Below, piece after piece: positions 20,557 through 30,119 of a stretch of DNA of 64,000 nucleotides. Each line of letters begins with the position of its first letter. The stretch's first letter is position 1. The notes beneath the pieces are model-generated. The model was not told the DNA's origin. It saw only the letters and a program-made list of their open reading frames with translations, and did not search any database. Origin of the DNA: Ignavibacteriota bacterium (lineage in GTDB: Bacteria; Bacteroidota; Ignavibacteria; UBA10030); assembly GCA_963727825.1 (NCBI GenBank), contig CAVSHO010000009.1, positions 576,001 through 640,000 on the forward strand, written 5' to 3'. A program made the position numbers and the translations under genes.

Positions 20557-21624
20557 ATGAAGTTAGAACTATTCGGCTGGAATGATTTTTTTGAGGAGAG
20601 TTTTGCTCAATACTCTCATCAGGGTTTGCTGCCCGGCCGCGTTACGATTCAGCACAAAGACCGCTATGTGCTGTTCACTGAACGAGGCGAAGTGAACGGA
20701 AAAGTAAGCGGCAAGTTCCGTTTTGAAGCCTCCGGCCTTCATGATTTTCCTGCTGTCGGTGATTGGGTTGTCTTTGAAATCGGTTCCGGCGATCAATCTG
20801 CTGTTATTCATCATGTGCTGGAACGCAGAAGCAAGTTTTCGCGTAAAGTTGCCGGCGATCGCACCGATGAACAAGTTCTTGCAGCAAATATAGATATTGT
20901 ATTTCTTGTAATGGGTTTAGACGGAGACTACAATTTGCGCAGGATGGAGCGTTATCTTACAGTAGCATGGGAAAGCGGTGCGCGACCAATAATTGTGCTG
21001 AACAAATCCGATATATGTCCAATCCTTGAAGAATGTACAGAACAAGTACTCTCAATTGCTCATGGAGTTGATACTGTGGTTATGAGCGCACATCACTCAG
21101 AACAGGTTGCTCCTCTTTGGACATTATTAACGCCAGGAACGACAGGAGTTTTACTTGGTTCATCTGGAGTCGGAAAATCTACTATCACGAACGCACTTCT
21201 TGGTAAAGAATATTTGAAAGTGAATGAAGTTCGAGAGAATGACAGCCGCGGACGACACACAACGCCACATCGTGAATTACTAATTCTCCCTAATGGCGGT
21301 ATCATTATCGATACTCCGGGACTGCGTGAACTCCAGCTTTGGAGAGGCGACGAGGGTTTACGCGAGAATTTCGATGATATCGAAGAACTTGCATCGAATT
21401 GCAGATTCCGCGATTGTAAACACGAAACCGAACCACATTGTGCAGTGAAGAAGGCAATGGAAGACGGCTTGCTTGATTCCTGCCGTTATGAAAGCTACCT
21501 AAAACTTCAACTGGAAATTCAATATCTTGCATTAAGACAAGAGATGAGCGCCCAACGGATTGAAAAAGAGCGCTGGAAGAATATTTCTAAACAAGCAAAA
21601 AAACAGTCTTCGAAACCACGTTAA
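20557..21624 (+). CDS. rsgA: Ribosome small subunit-dependent GTPase A
   Basis: Circularly permuted NKSD, GSSGVGKS, GRHTT and DTPG motifs, plus Zn finger CRFRDCKHETEPHC. Confidence 0.93.
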   Translation: MKLELFGWNDFFEESFAQYSHQGLLPGRVTIQHKDRYVLFTERGEVNGKVSGKFRFEASGLHDFPAVGDWVVFEIGSGDQSAVIHHVLERRSKFSRKVAGDRTDEQVLAANIDIVFLVMGLDGDYNLRRMERYLTVAWESGARPIIVLNKSDICPILEECTEQVLSIAHGVDTVVMSAHHSEQVAPLWTLLTPGTTGVLLGSSGVGKSTITNALLGKEYLKVNEVRENDSRGRHTTPHRELLILPNGGIIIDTPGLRELQLWRGDEGLRENFDDIEELASNCRFRDCKHETEPHCAVKKAMEDGLLDSCRYESYLKLQLEIQYLALRQEMSAQRIEKERWKNISKQAKKQSSKPR

Positions 21625-21695
21625 TTTGAATCCCAGCGTATTCAGGAAATCGCACGTGCTCTTCCTAGACGCTTTTATCGCTATTTGATCCCTTT

Positions 21696-22205
21696 CTACA
21701 CTTCAATTTCTGAAGGATCTTTTGGAGAAGATTCTACTTTCCATTCTTGTTCAACCGGATTAAAATCAGCAATCTTGTTCAGCGGCATACGTAAGTATTT
21801 ACCAAAGCCAATTGCAGCGACTTCACCGTCTGGCAAAAGCAATTCGCCGGTTCCTTCAAATGTGCGACTCGTTTCACTTGTAATGCGCCCCACGACGCGG
21901 AGTTCTTCATTCAACGGAATAGGTTTCTTGAAGCGTGTTGTGAATTCTATCGTGACACCCCAGAACTCTCCATCCTTGTGCTTCATCATAATAGCTCTGC
22001 CGACAGTTTCATCAAGAACTGCCGTTGTAATTCCGCCATGAAGTCTGCCCGGATAACTTTGATGTTCATCTGAAGGTTTGAAGATGCACACAAGTTCGTT
22101 ATTCTCTAATTCAAAGAATTGTCCCTTGAGTCCAAATGAATTCTTCAGCCCACAAAGAAAGCACATTTTGCTGTTTTGCTGTTTTCCTTTAACGCGATGT
22201 TTCAT
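21696..22205 (-). CDS. PaaI family thioesterase
   Basis: CFLCG..N..GL and HQSYPGRLHGGITTAVLDE hotdog-fold motifs. Confidence 0.88.
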   Translation of the reverse strand: MKHRVKGKQQNSKMCFLCGLKNSFGLKGQFFELENNELVCIFKPSDEHQSYPGRLHGGITTAVLDETVGRAIMMKHKDGEFWGVTIEFTTRFKKPIPLNEELRVVGRITSETSRTFEGTGELLLPDGEVAAIGFGKYLRMPLNKIADFNPVEQEWKVESSPKDPSEIEV

Positions 22206-22242
22206 TCTGATTTTCTGATTTATGATTTGATAAATTAGTAAT

Positions 22243-23394
22243 TTATTTCTTACACACTTTGTCTAACCATTGGAAGACCTCATCCTGCATCTCTTTATTA
22301 AAGACATGGGGAACATTCCAGAGCTTGGTAATGAGCTTATCGTCGGCACCCTGGGATTTCCATACCGCATGCATACGTGCATACGCTTCCTGCACTGCCA
22401 TATCAGGAAAAAGTTTATCCTGCTCGCCGTTGAAAAACAGCATCGGCTTGGGGCAGGCGATGCTCGCTACGTCGGGATAGTCGAGATAATTCGCAAGTCC
22501 GGGATGCGTAGTAGCGAACGACGATCCACCGCGAGTAGCATTCGCTTTAGGAACAATTAAGCCCTTGTATGTTCCCATCCAGCAAATTGCTGCACCGGCG
22601 GCAATTTTATCGGAAAGCGCTGCAACTTGCCAAGCACGGAATGAGCCCATAGAAAATCCTAAGGCAATTACTTTTGTGGAATCCACTTCGGGCCGTGTTG
22701 CAAGAAATTCCGCCGCAATAATATCTTCCCACGCAATCAATCCCGCATATGACATTCCCATATTCAATAAATTGGATGCAATCGCTTGTTGACCGTCGTA
22801 TCCACCGCCGCCACGATCCGACCAATTAAGCGCATCAGTAGCAAAACATACATAGCCACGTTTAGCTAATTCATCACCAACAAATCTGCCGCCATAGTTT
22901 TTATCTACCCACTCACGGGCTGATTGCAGGCGTTTCAAACTATCGGCAAATGGTTCCACCATCTTTTCTTTGCCTATATCGAACTTTGAACCATGATCAT
23001 GCAATAGTAAGACAGCTGGAAACGGCCCCCTACCTTTTGGTACTAGCAGATATGCAAGAACACGACTGTCTGCAGAAAGATTGAATATTACTTTTTGTGC
23101 AACATAGCTGCCGCGATCTTGTGTAGCAATCATGACCGGATGATATGAAATGAGCGGTGGCCGACTTAATAAACATTCCATCACCTTGGAACGCGCATTT
23201 GTACGCCACGAATTAAAATCGCTGAAATTTCCGGACAACCATGAGAGCGGATATTTCAATCTCTCTTGAAGAATATTATAGAAAGAAGGAAGGTTATCAT
23301 GAATGACACTTGTTTGATATGTTGAGTCTTCTACGGTTTGAGAATGTGCAAACTGAGGAAGAAGAACATACATAAATATGAAAAACTTTTTCAT
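22243..23394 (-). CDS. Secreted alpha/beta hydrolase (dienelactone hydrolase-like)
   Basis: Signal peptide, LLLHDHG, GFSMG nucleophile elbow, D-K-L-F and PHVF motifs. Confidence 0.82.
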   Translation of the reverse strand: MKKFFIFMYVLLPQFAHSQTVEDSTYQTSVIHDNLPSFYNILQERLKYPLSWLSGNFSDFNSWRTNARSKVMECLLSRPPLISYHPVMIATQDRGSYVAQKVIFNLSADSRVLAYLLVPKGRGPFPAVLLLHDHGSKFDIGKEKMVEPFADSLKRLQSAREWVDKNYGGRFVGDELAKRGYVCFATDALNWSDRGGGGYDGQQAIASNLLNMGMSYAGLIAWEDIIAAEFLATRPEVDSTKVIALGFSMGSFRAWQVAALSDKIAAGAAICWMGTYKGLIVPKANATRGGSSFATTHPGLANYLDYPDVASIACPKPMLFFNGEQDKLFPDMAVQEAYARMHAVWKSQGADDKLITKLWNVPHVFNKEMQDEVFQWLDKVCKK

Positions 23395-23452
23395 ATTGAA
23401 ACTCGGCACAGTAATTTAGAGTGCGGATCTGATTAGGGCTTACTTTTTAAGT

Positions 23453-24037
23453 CTATCCGCCTTCAGGAAAATATTTCTTTGTACAATCTGGACACAATCC
23501 ATGCGTAAAATCTACATCGACAATACGTTCACTAATATATCTTTCAATTTGCTGCCATTGATTTGTATTCAACCGAATTTTCTTACAACTTGAACAAATA
23601 GGAAGAAGGCTTCCAATTTCCATTAACTCGTGGATGTCTTCTAGGATTAGCAACGTCAATGATTTGTTTTTATATATGAAGGGGGATGTTGTGACAAGGA
23701 GCGGTAGTTCGGTAACTTTCTCGCCAATTTTTCGCTGCATCATGGTTTTTTTTCGGTAGGTTTTTCCACCATTACTTGCCTCGTTGACTGAATTCCGTAT
23801 CACACAGGTTTTACAATGTGGACCATGTCCACAACCTTCCTCCACGTCTTTGGAATGAATACAATGGAGCGCTTCACCTCCGCGTTGTTGAAGCATTTCT
23901 TCATTTTCAAGCAGATGAAGGGCGGCAGAATTCCAGAATAGAATATGAACGTCATCATCAACAACCAGTGTAGGGAATGGAATGGCATTGAATATGTTTA
24001 TTAAAAAGACATCGTCTTTAAACAAATGTTCGGGCAT
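23453..24037 (-). CDS. Cys-rich PAS domain protein with C-terminal CxxC...HGxCPxC module
   Basis: PAS start (FNAIPFPTLVVD...WNSAA), C-x9-C-x5-C-x2-C motif and LPICSSCKKIR...FTHGLCPDC tail. Confidence 0.8.
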   Translation of the reverse strand: MPEHLFKDDVFLINIFNAIPFPTLVVDDDVHILFWNSAALHLLENEEMLQQRGGEALHCIHSKDVEEGCGHGPHCKTCVIRNSVNEASNGGKTYRKKTMMQRKIGEKVTELPLLVTTSPFIYKNKSLTLLILEDIHELMEIGSLLPICSSCKKIRLNTNQWQQIERYISERIVDVDFTHGLCPDCTKKYFPEGG

Positions 24038-24168
24038 GGTGTTTCTTTCCTATCTTTAATATAAGGTAGCAGGAGCGTTTTCTAAACGCAAGTTGGTTTT
24101 TTATCCTTTTTTCTGCACTTTATTATTATCGATATTTTATCGATTTCACTTTATGGAGGATTTATTCC

Positions 24169-25260
24169 ATGGGCAAATCACATTTTCTGCATCTCCTCTT
24201 AAAGATATTTGTTCTTCTCTTTCTAATTAATCTTCCACTTTCGGCTCAAGAACGGCAATCCATCGATTCCCTTTTCAAGCAAATCGACAAAAAATTTGAA
24301 GCGCTCGATCACCGTCTCGATCAAATAGAAAAAGCTGTGGACGATGTGCAATGGTATAATAAAGTTGACGATGTCGCCAGCATTGAGAAAGTGTTCATCG
24401 TCGGTCCTCCTCCAGCAAAAGTAAAAGACTCGACGGCAAGAGGGGCATGGAACCCGGTTAAATTTTGGGCATACGTTTTCATTCCAAAAAAACTGGATAG
24501 GAATAAAAAATATCCCTTGCTGGTTTTACCACACGGCGGTGTGCATGCCGATTTTACGACATATCATACACACATCATCCGCGAAATGATAGCACAGGGT
24601 TATATTGTTGTAGCGCCGGAATTCCGCGGCAGTACAGGATACGGGAAGGATTTTTACGAGCGGATTGACTACGGCGGACGCGAAGTGGAAGATAATCATG
24701 CTGCACGCAATTGGATGGTGGAAAACTACAGCTTTGTCGATAGCACTCGTGTTGGCGCTATCGGATGGAGCCATGGCGGCCTTATCACATTGCTGGATAT
24801 CTTTGAACATCCGAATGACTATCAGGTTGCATTTGCCGGTGTACCGGTAAGCGACCTTATAATGCGGTTGGGATACTATGATGACGACTATCGGAAAGAC
24901 TTTTATGCCAAATATCATATCGGGAAAACCGTTAGTGAGGACTCGACAGAATACTTGAGACGCTCTCCGGTTACTTACGTGAACAAACTGAAAATACCGT
25001 TATTGATTCACACCAACACCAACGACGACGACGTACACGTTGAAGAAGTAAAGCATCTCATCGAAGCTCTAAAGACGTCAGGGAAAAAGTTCAACTTTGA
25101 GATTTTCCAGGAAGCCCCCGGCGGACACAGCTTTGACCGCATCGACACGAAGCTGGCAAAGCAGACGCGTATGAAGATTTATAAATTTCTTGCTCAATAC
25201 CTGAATCCGCCGCACCAATTTAAATCTTTAGCGGACTTAGAAAAAGCAGGGTATAAATAA
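24169..25260 (+). CDS. Secreted S9 (prolyl oligopeptidase family) peptidase
   Basis: Signal peptide, HGG, RGSTGYG, GWSHGG, D and GH catalytic motifs. Confidence 0.87.
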   Translation: MGKSHFLHLLLKIFVLLFLINLPLSAQERQSIDSLFKQIDKKFEALDHRLDQIEKAVDDVQWYNKVDDVASIEKVFIVGPPPAKVKDSTARGAWNPVKFWAYVFIPKKLDRNKKYPLLVLPHGGVHADFTTYHTHIIREMIAQGYIVVAPEFRGSTGYGKDFYERIDYGGREVEDNHAARNWMVENYSFVDSTRVGAIGWSHGGLITLLDIFEHPNDYQVAFAGVPVSDLIMRLGYYDDDYRKDFYAKYHIGKTVSEDSTEYLRRSPVTYVNKLKIPLLIHTNTNDDDVHVEEVKHLIEALKTSGKKFNFEIFQEAPGGHSFDRIDTKLAKQTRMKIYKFLAQYLNPPHQFKSLADLEKAGYK

Positions 25261-25336
25261 AGCACGAACTAAAACATTAGGATATATGCAAATCTCCTTT
25301 TGTTCTCTATAAAAAAGCAGTACTTTATATACGGTC

Positions 25337-25365
25337 AAACGCAGGTTCGTCCTGCGTTTTTATTT
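25337..25365 (+). terminator. Intrinsic terminator-like hairpin
   Basis: AAACGCAGG-TTCGT-CCTGCGTTT followed by TTATTT. Confidence 0.6.
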
Positions 25366-25389
25366 ATCATTTAACTAAAAGGATAATTC

Positions 25390-26079
25390 ATGAAAAAGCT
25401 TATCACAGTCGCTCTTATGCTGTCGCTATTTGTAGGCACAGCTATGACGCAGAAAAATGAAACACCAAAGACAACGAAAGAGAAAGTTAGTTACAGTATC
25501 GGTATCAATATTGCAAAGAACATGAAAGTGCAGGGCTTGGATATCGATCAGGGAATGCTTGTACAAGGTATAAAAGACGAATTAAGCGGATCAAAAATCG
25601 CGATGAGTGATAAAGACATGGAAACAACAATGACCGCATTTCAAAAGGAAATGATGGCCAAGATGGAAGCCAAGCAAAAAATCGACGGTGAAAAGAATAA
25701 AAAAGATGGTGAAGCGTTCCTTGCGGCAAACAAGAAAAAGGACGGCGTGATAACACTTCCCAGCGGATTACAATACAAGATTATTAAAAATGGCGATGGT
25801 GCAAAACCCACAGCGAGCCAAACAGTAAGATGTAATTACCGGGGAACACTTATAGATGGAAAAGAGTTTGACAGTTCCTATAAACGCGGCGAACCGGCAG
25901 AATTTCCAGTCGGGCAAGTTATTAAAGGATGGGTGGAAGCTTTACAACTGATGCCTGTTGGATCGAAATGGCAGCTGTTCATTCCTTCTGATCTTGCGTA
26001 CGGACCAAATGGACAGGGACAATTGATCGGTCCAAACGCCACATTAATTTTTGATATTGAACTGCTTTCTATTAAATGA
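25390..26079 (+). CDS. FKBP-type peptidyl-prolyl isomerase (FkpA/Mip type)
   Basis: Signal peptide, SYSIG dimerisation domain, LPSGLQY, FDSSY, VIKGW and LAYG motifs. Confidence 0.94.
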   Translation: MKKLITVALMLSLFVGTAMTQKNETPKTTKEKVSYSIGINIAKNMKVQGLDIDQGMLVQGIKDELSGSKIAMSDKDMETTMTAFQKEMMAKMEAKQKIDGEKNKKDGEAFLAANKKKDGVITLPSGLQYKIIKNGDGAKPTASQTVRCNYRGTLIDGKEFDSSYKRGEPAEFPVGQVIKGWVEALQLMPVGSKWQLFIPSDLAYGPNGQGQLIGPNATLIFDIELLSIK

Positions 26080-26086
26080 TTCTATT

Positions 26087-26113
26087 TAGGGGCGAGGCAC
26101 CTGTCTCGCCCCA
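26087..26113. repeat. REP-like hairpin GGGGCGAGGCA-CC-TGTCTCGCCCC
   Basis: 11-bp stem with one G-T pair, preceded by TA. Confidence 0.6.
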
Positions 26114-26126
26114 TTGCTTGACTCCT

Positions 26127-26784
26127 ATGGAACTACTTCAACAATTTATCCAATTCGTTCTCCATATCGACAAACATTTGTTTGATCTCTGTACTCTATA
26201 CGGCGCATGGATTTATGGAATTCTCTTCCTGGTCATTTTTTGCGAGACCGGTCTCGTTGTGACTCCTTTTTTGCCTGGCGATTCATTATTATTTGCTATC
26301 GGTTCATTGGCTGCAATCGGGGCAATGCGCGTGGAGTTTGCCATTCCTTTACTCATAGCCGCAGCACTCACGGGAGACAATACTAATTACTGGATTGGGC
26401 GAAAAGTTGGACCAAAAGTATTTAGCCAAGAAAAGTCGCGCTTATTCAATAAAGAGTATCTAGACCGCACAAACAAATTCTATGACAAGCACGGGAAAAT
26501 AACAGTGGTAATAGCACGGTTTCTTCCGATCATTCGAACATTCGCTCCTTTTGTTGCTGGTATCGGGCGGATGACGTAACCGTACATTCCTACTTTTCAG
26601 TATCATGGGTGCGTTATCTTGGGTAACCCTCTTTGTTCTGGTAGGATATTTCTTTGGCAATATTCCATTCATCAAAGAACATTTCTCTGTCGTTATTCTT
26701 ATACTCGTGTTAATTCCTGGAATGCCTGCGGTAATTGAATTTGCTCGTCAGTTCATGACCAGCTCGAAAAAGAGTAACTTATAA
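26127..26784 (+). pseudogene. dedA: DedA family membrane protein with a +1 frameshift (or assembly error)
   Basis: FCETG..FLPGDSLLF and ARFLPIIRTFAPFVAG motifs. ATG ACG TAA C at 26571-26580; removing one A restores ...RMTYRTFLLFS...GYFFGNIP... to TAA 26784. Confidence 0.85.
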
Positions 26785-26951
26785 TCATTCGACTGCTGTA
26801 TAAAATCATGAAAGCATTATCGCCCTACTCATTGCAGAGTAATTTTATTTTGCAAAACGCCAGAACTTGATTCATACATTCATTTGCGGCATATTTATTC
26901 CGAATCCTATTATTCTGTACATCACCATTGATCGCATTTATTGGAGACGCT

Positions 26952-27219
26952 ATGCATAGAACATTGGTCTCCGAAGGGTCAGTTGGATATTCACTCATAA
27001 TTGGAAACGATAATGCACAAAAACCAGAAAACGATAAATAAAAAGAATTATGCAGTGATTAACTGGAAACCGACACAAAACCTTTCTTTAGAAGCGTACG
27101 TAGACTATGAATCAGCGACACAAGACAAAGGCCGCACAACGTATAAAGCATTTCTTTCCTATTGAGAACCATCGTTTATGTTTGGTGCAGAAATTATTGA
27201 TCAGCTACAAAAAAACTAA
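26952..27219 (+). pseudogene. Degraded fragment of a probable outer-membrane beta-barrel gene
   Basis: GYSLIIGNDNAQKPENDK / (1-bp shift) KKNYAVINWKPTQNLSLEAYVDYE...RTTYKAFLSY*EPSFMFGAE, with an alternating beta-strand pattern. Family assignment is from recall only. Confidence 0.4.
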
Positions 27220-27252
27220 AAATTTTTATTAAAATTTGCCGGAAATATTTCT

Positions 27253-27708
27253 ATGATAATCAATATCCGACGCGCTACAGATTCCGATGCGGTTATCATT
27301 GCCGACTTTAATGCATTGATAGCAAAGGAAACAGAGAATGTTAAATTAGACCTTGAACACCTGCGAAAAGGTATAGAAGCTTTACTCGCTGATTCGTCGA
27401 AAGGCATTTATTACGTCGCAGAAATCGACGGCAAAGTTGTCGGACAATTAATGGTTACGTACGAGTGGAGCGACTGGCGCAATGCTACATTTTGGTGGAT
27501 TCAAAGCGTTTTTGTTCATCCAGCATATCGCAAACAACAAATATTCCGTTCTCTTTATCAATATGTCGAATCAATTGCTCGAAAGCGCGGTGATGTGTGC
27601 GGTCTACGTCTGTACGTTGACAGATCGAACAAGCTTGCACAAAAAACGTACATAGCACTCGGTATGCAGCACTCGCATTATCAGATGATGGACAGAGACT
27701 TTTTTTAA
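27253..27708 (+). CDS. GNAT family N-acetyltransferase
   Basis: IRRAT, YEWSDWRN, VFVHPAYRKQQIF and N..AQKTY..LG motifs. Confidence 0.9.
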   Translation: MIINIRRATDSDAVIIADFNALIAKETENVKLDLEHLRKGIEALLADSSKGIYYVAEIDGKVVGQLMVTYEWSDWRNATFWWIQSVFVHPAYRKQQIFRSLYQYVESIARKRGDVCGLRLYVDRSNKLAQKTYIALGMQHSHYQMMDRDFF

Positions 27709-27884
27709 AAATGTATACTATTCAGTATTCCTTTTAACAACTTAATGTTTTCTAAAAATCCCTAACCTCCTTTTCATGTCCGAACTGTAATCTGCTCTAT
27801 GTCCTTGGAACTTTAATGGGTGAAAGGACGTTTGAATTTGTACAATTTAGCATATTCAATTTTCATACCACGAGGAGAAAGAAA

Positions 27885-28535
27885 ATGAAGATCGGCATTC
27901 TTGGAACAGGAATAGTTGGCAGTACAATCGGGACCAAACTTATTCAACTCGGACATGATGTTAAAATGGGATCGCGGACAGCAACGAATGAGAAGGCAAT
28001 CTCCTGGACACAAAAGAATGGAATTCATGCTTCACAGGGAACTTTCGCCGCCGCTGCTGCATTCGGTGAAATTGTATTTAATTGTACGCATGGCGTTGCA
28101 TCGTTAGAGGCGCTAAATCTTGCTGGTGTAAACAATTTCAAATATAAAATTCTTATTGATATTGCCAATGCTCTTGATTTCTCCAAAGGAATGCCTCCAT
28201 CGCTTGCTGTGAGCAATACGGATTCCCTCGGTGAGCAAATACAACAGGCAGTTCCCGATGCAAAAGTGGTCAAGACTCTTAATACCGTAAATTGCAATAT
28301 AATGGTAAATCCTAGGCTTGTAGCCGATGGAGATCATGATATTTTCATCTGTGGAAACGATGCTGGCGCAAAAGTAAAGGTAGAAGAAATTCTAAAAGAT
28401 TGGTTCGGATGGAAATCTGTAATTGATCTTGGTGATATTACCACAGCACGAGCAACAGAAATGCTGCTTCCACTTTGGATAATTTTGATGGAAAAATTTC
28501 AAAGTCCTCATTTTAACTTCAAGATTGTACATTAA
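27885..28535 (+). CDS. NADP oxidoreductase (F420-dependent NADP reductase-like family)
   Basis: MKIGILGTGIVG, GSR, IDIAN, VVKTLNT and CGND motifs. Start set at ATG 27885. Confidence 0.87.
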   Translation: MKIGILGTGIVGSTIGTKLIQLGHDVKMGSRTATNEKAISWTQKNGIHASQGTFAAAAAFGEIVFNCTHGVASLEALNLAGVNNFKYKILIDIANALDFSKGMPPSLAVSNTDSLGEQIQQAVPDAKVVKTLNTVNCNIMVNPRLVADGDHDIFICGNDAGAKVKVEEILKDWFGWKSVIDLGDITTARATEMLLPLWIILMEKFQSPHFNFKIVH

Positions 28536-28837
28536 ATAAGATGACAGTACAAAAGGCCACGCATCGAGAGTAGAAAAAGCTCCTTTACGCCACTTCTACC
28601 GTTTTGTGTTGAACGCAGTTTTTTAGCTACATTAATAATTCGAATTACGTCTTGAGCTTTTTCCGGTTTCACCGCCAATTTCTCTCCGTTAACAATACTA
28701 TCAAAAATGTTAATGTTAAACTTCCATTTAAAAAATATCGGGAATATACACGAACATTTAAACTCCAGATTAATACTGGTTTGACTTGTTTATTCTTTCA
28801 CTGTATCTTTATAAAAGTTTTTGAGAGATCAAATTAT

Positions 28838-29959
28838 ATGCATCGATTAAAGCCTAAAGTCTTCTTTATTATTTATATCGGACTAATGTTAATGCTGCCT
28901 CTTAGTCTACGTTCACAGACAAATGCGAATTTTGATTTCTCGCTAGGTGTTGATTATAGTGCAGCCGAACAGATGTTAGATTATTTTGACCATCTCACTG
29001 GAAACACAAAGTATGTTGCAAATCTTCGCGGTAATCGACTCGCTGCAGCAACAAGTGTAATGCTTGCACGCACAGAAAAAACCAGCGACGACTTCTGCCA
29101 GCAGCTTGAACTGGCGCGGAATAATACAAGATTTGAAAGTGATGTATATGGTTTTTCACCTGCAAAAAACCACATTCAAGAGATTCGAAAGCTCCTTATT
29201 GAAATCAAGCACCGGCAGCTGGACCGCCGAATAGTAGCAACAGTCGCCTCATTCTTTCCAGAACAAGCGAAAATATCTACCAGATTTTCCGTTTACTTCG
29301 TTGTGATAGGAAACGAACGCGCTTCAGCGTTTGTCCGGCACGTCATTTGGAATTATGATGTTCCAACTTTTGTCGGTGACGAGCAAGGTGAACCTATCAT
29401 CGTTGTTAATCTAGCTCGTATTATCGAAGGTCCTAAAAACCTGGAAGCTCAATTTATTGAAGTGCTGAGCACAACAGCACATGAGTGTTTTCATGCTGTC
29501 TTTTCTGTTTTACAAAAATCTCTGCCAGATTCAACCAAAGCAAAAAATGTAGCCGATCTATTACTAGATGTAGTGCAAAACGAAGGCGTAGCTTACTACC
29601 TTTCCTTGGAAACTCATATCGGAGATAGAACTCCTTCACAGCAATGGTTTAATGTGACCGCGCAAGCAGTGGAAATGTTGAATCGTGCTTTATTAGAAAT
29701 GTGTTCACCAAATTTAACCCGATCTCGAGCCCAAGAATTGATGATGAATGCCAACCTTTCAGGTTCAATCGAAGGCAATTACGGCGCCACTGCAGGTATG
29801 CGCATGGCGTACGAGATAGATAAACACCTCGGCAGGCCTGCTCTGACAGCAACTTTAATGACTGGAAGTCGCTCATTTATTTCAACATACATACAAGCAT
29901 GCCTTCGCGATGGAGCACTGCCACAATTTGATAAACAATTGCAGCCTTTGTTGCATTAA
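28838..29959 (+). CDS. Secreted putative Zn-dependent protease (gluzincin, DUF5700-like)
   Basis: Signal peptide, HECFH and a downstream NEGVA third ligand. Start set at ATG 28838. Confidence 0.7.
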   Translation: MHRLKPKVFFIIYIGLMLMLPLSLRSQTNANFDFSLGVDYSAAEQMLDYFDHLTGNTKYVANLRGNRLAAATSVMLARTEKTSDDFCQQLELARNNTRFESDVYGFSPAKNHIQEIRKLLIEIKHRQLDRRIVATVASFFPEQAKISTRFSVYFVVIGNERASAFVRHVIWNYDVPTFVGDEQGEPIIVVNLARIIEGPKNLEAQFIEVLSTTAHECFHAVFSVLQKSLPDSTKAKNVADLLLDVVQNEGVAYYLSLETHIGDRTPSQQWFNVTAQAVEMLNRALLEMCSPNLTRSRAQELMMNANLSGSIEGNYGATAGMRMAYEIDKHLGRPALTATLMTGSRSFISTYIQACLRDGALPQFDKQLQPLLH

Positions 29960-30119
29960 GAAGAGTTACTTATTACAAATGTTTTTTTAATTTTATTCCC
30001 TATCCAATATTTTTTCGATTGTTGAGAATCCATTAAATGTTAGGATAATTTCTATATAAAAATTTAATGTAGTAAAACAACCAAACTTTGGAAATGGGTG
30101 TTAAAGGAGGATAATTATC

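Noticed and set aside
26577-26579. Stop-codon readthrough or recoding in dedA
   Set aside because: The continuation is in another frame, so it is an indel; other genes use standard stops.
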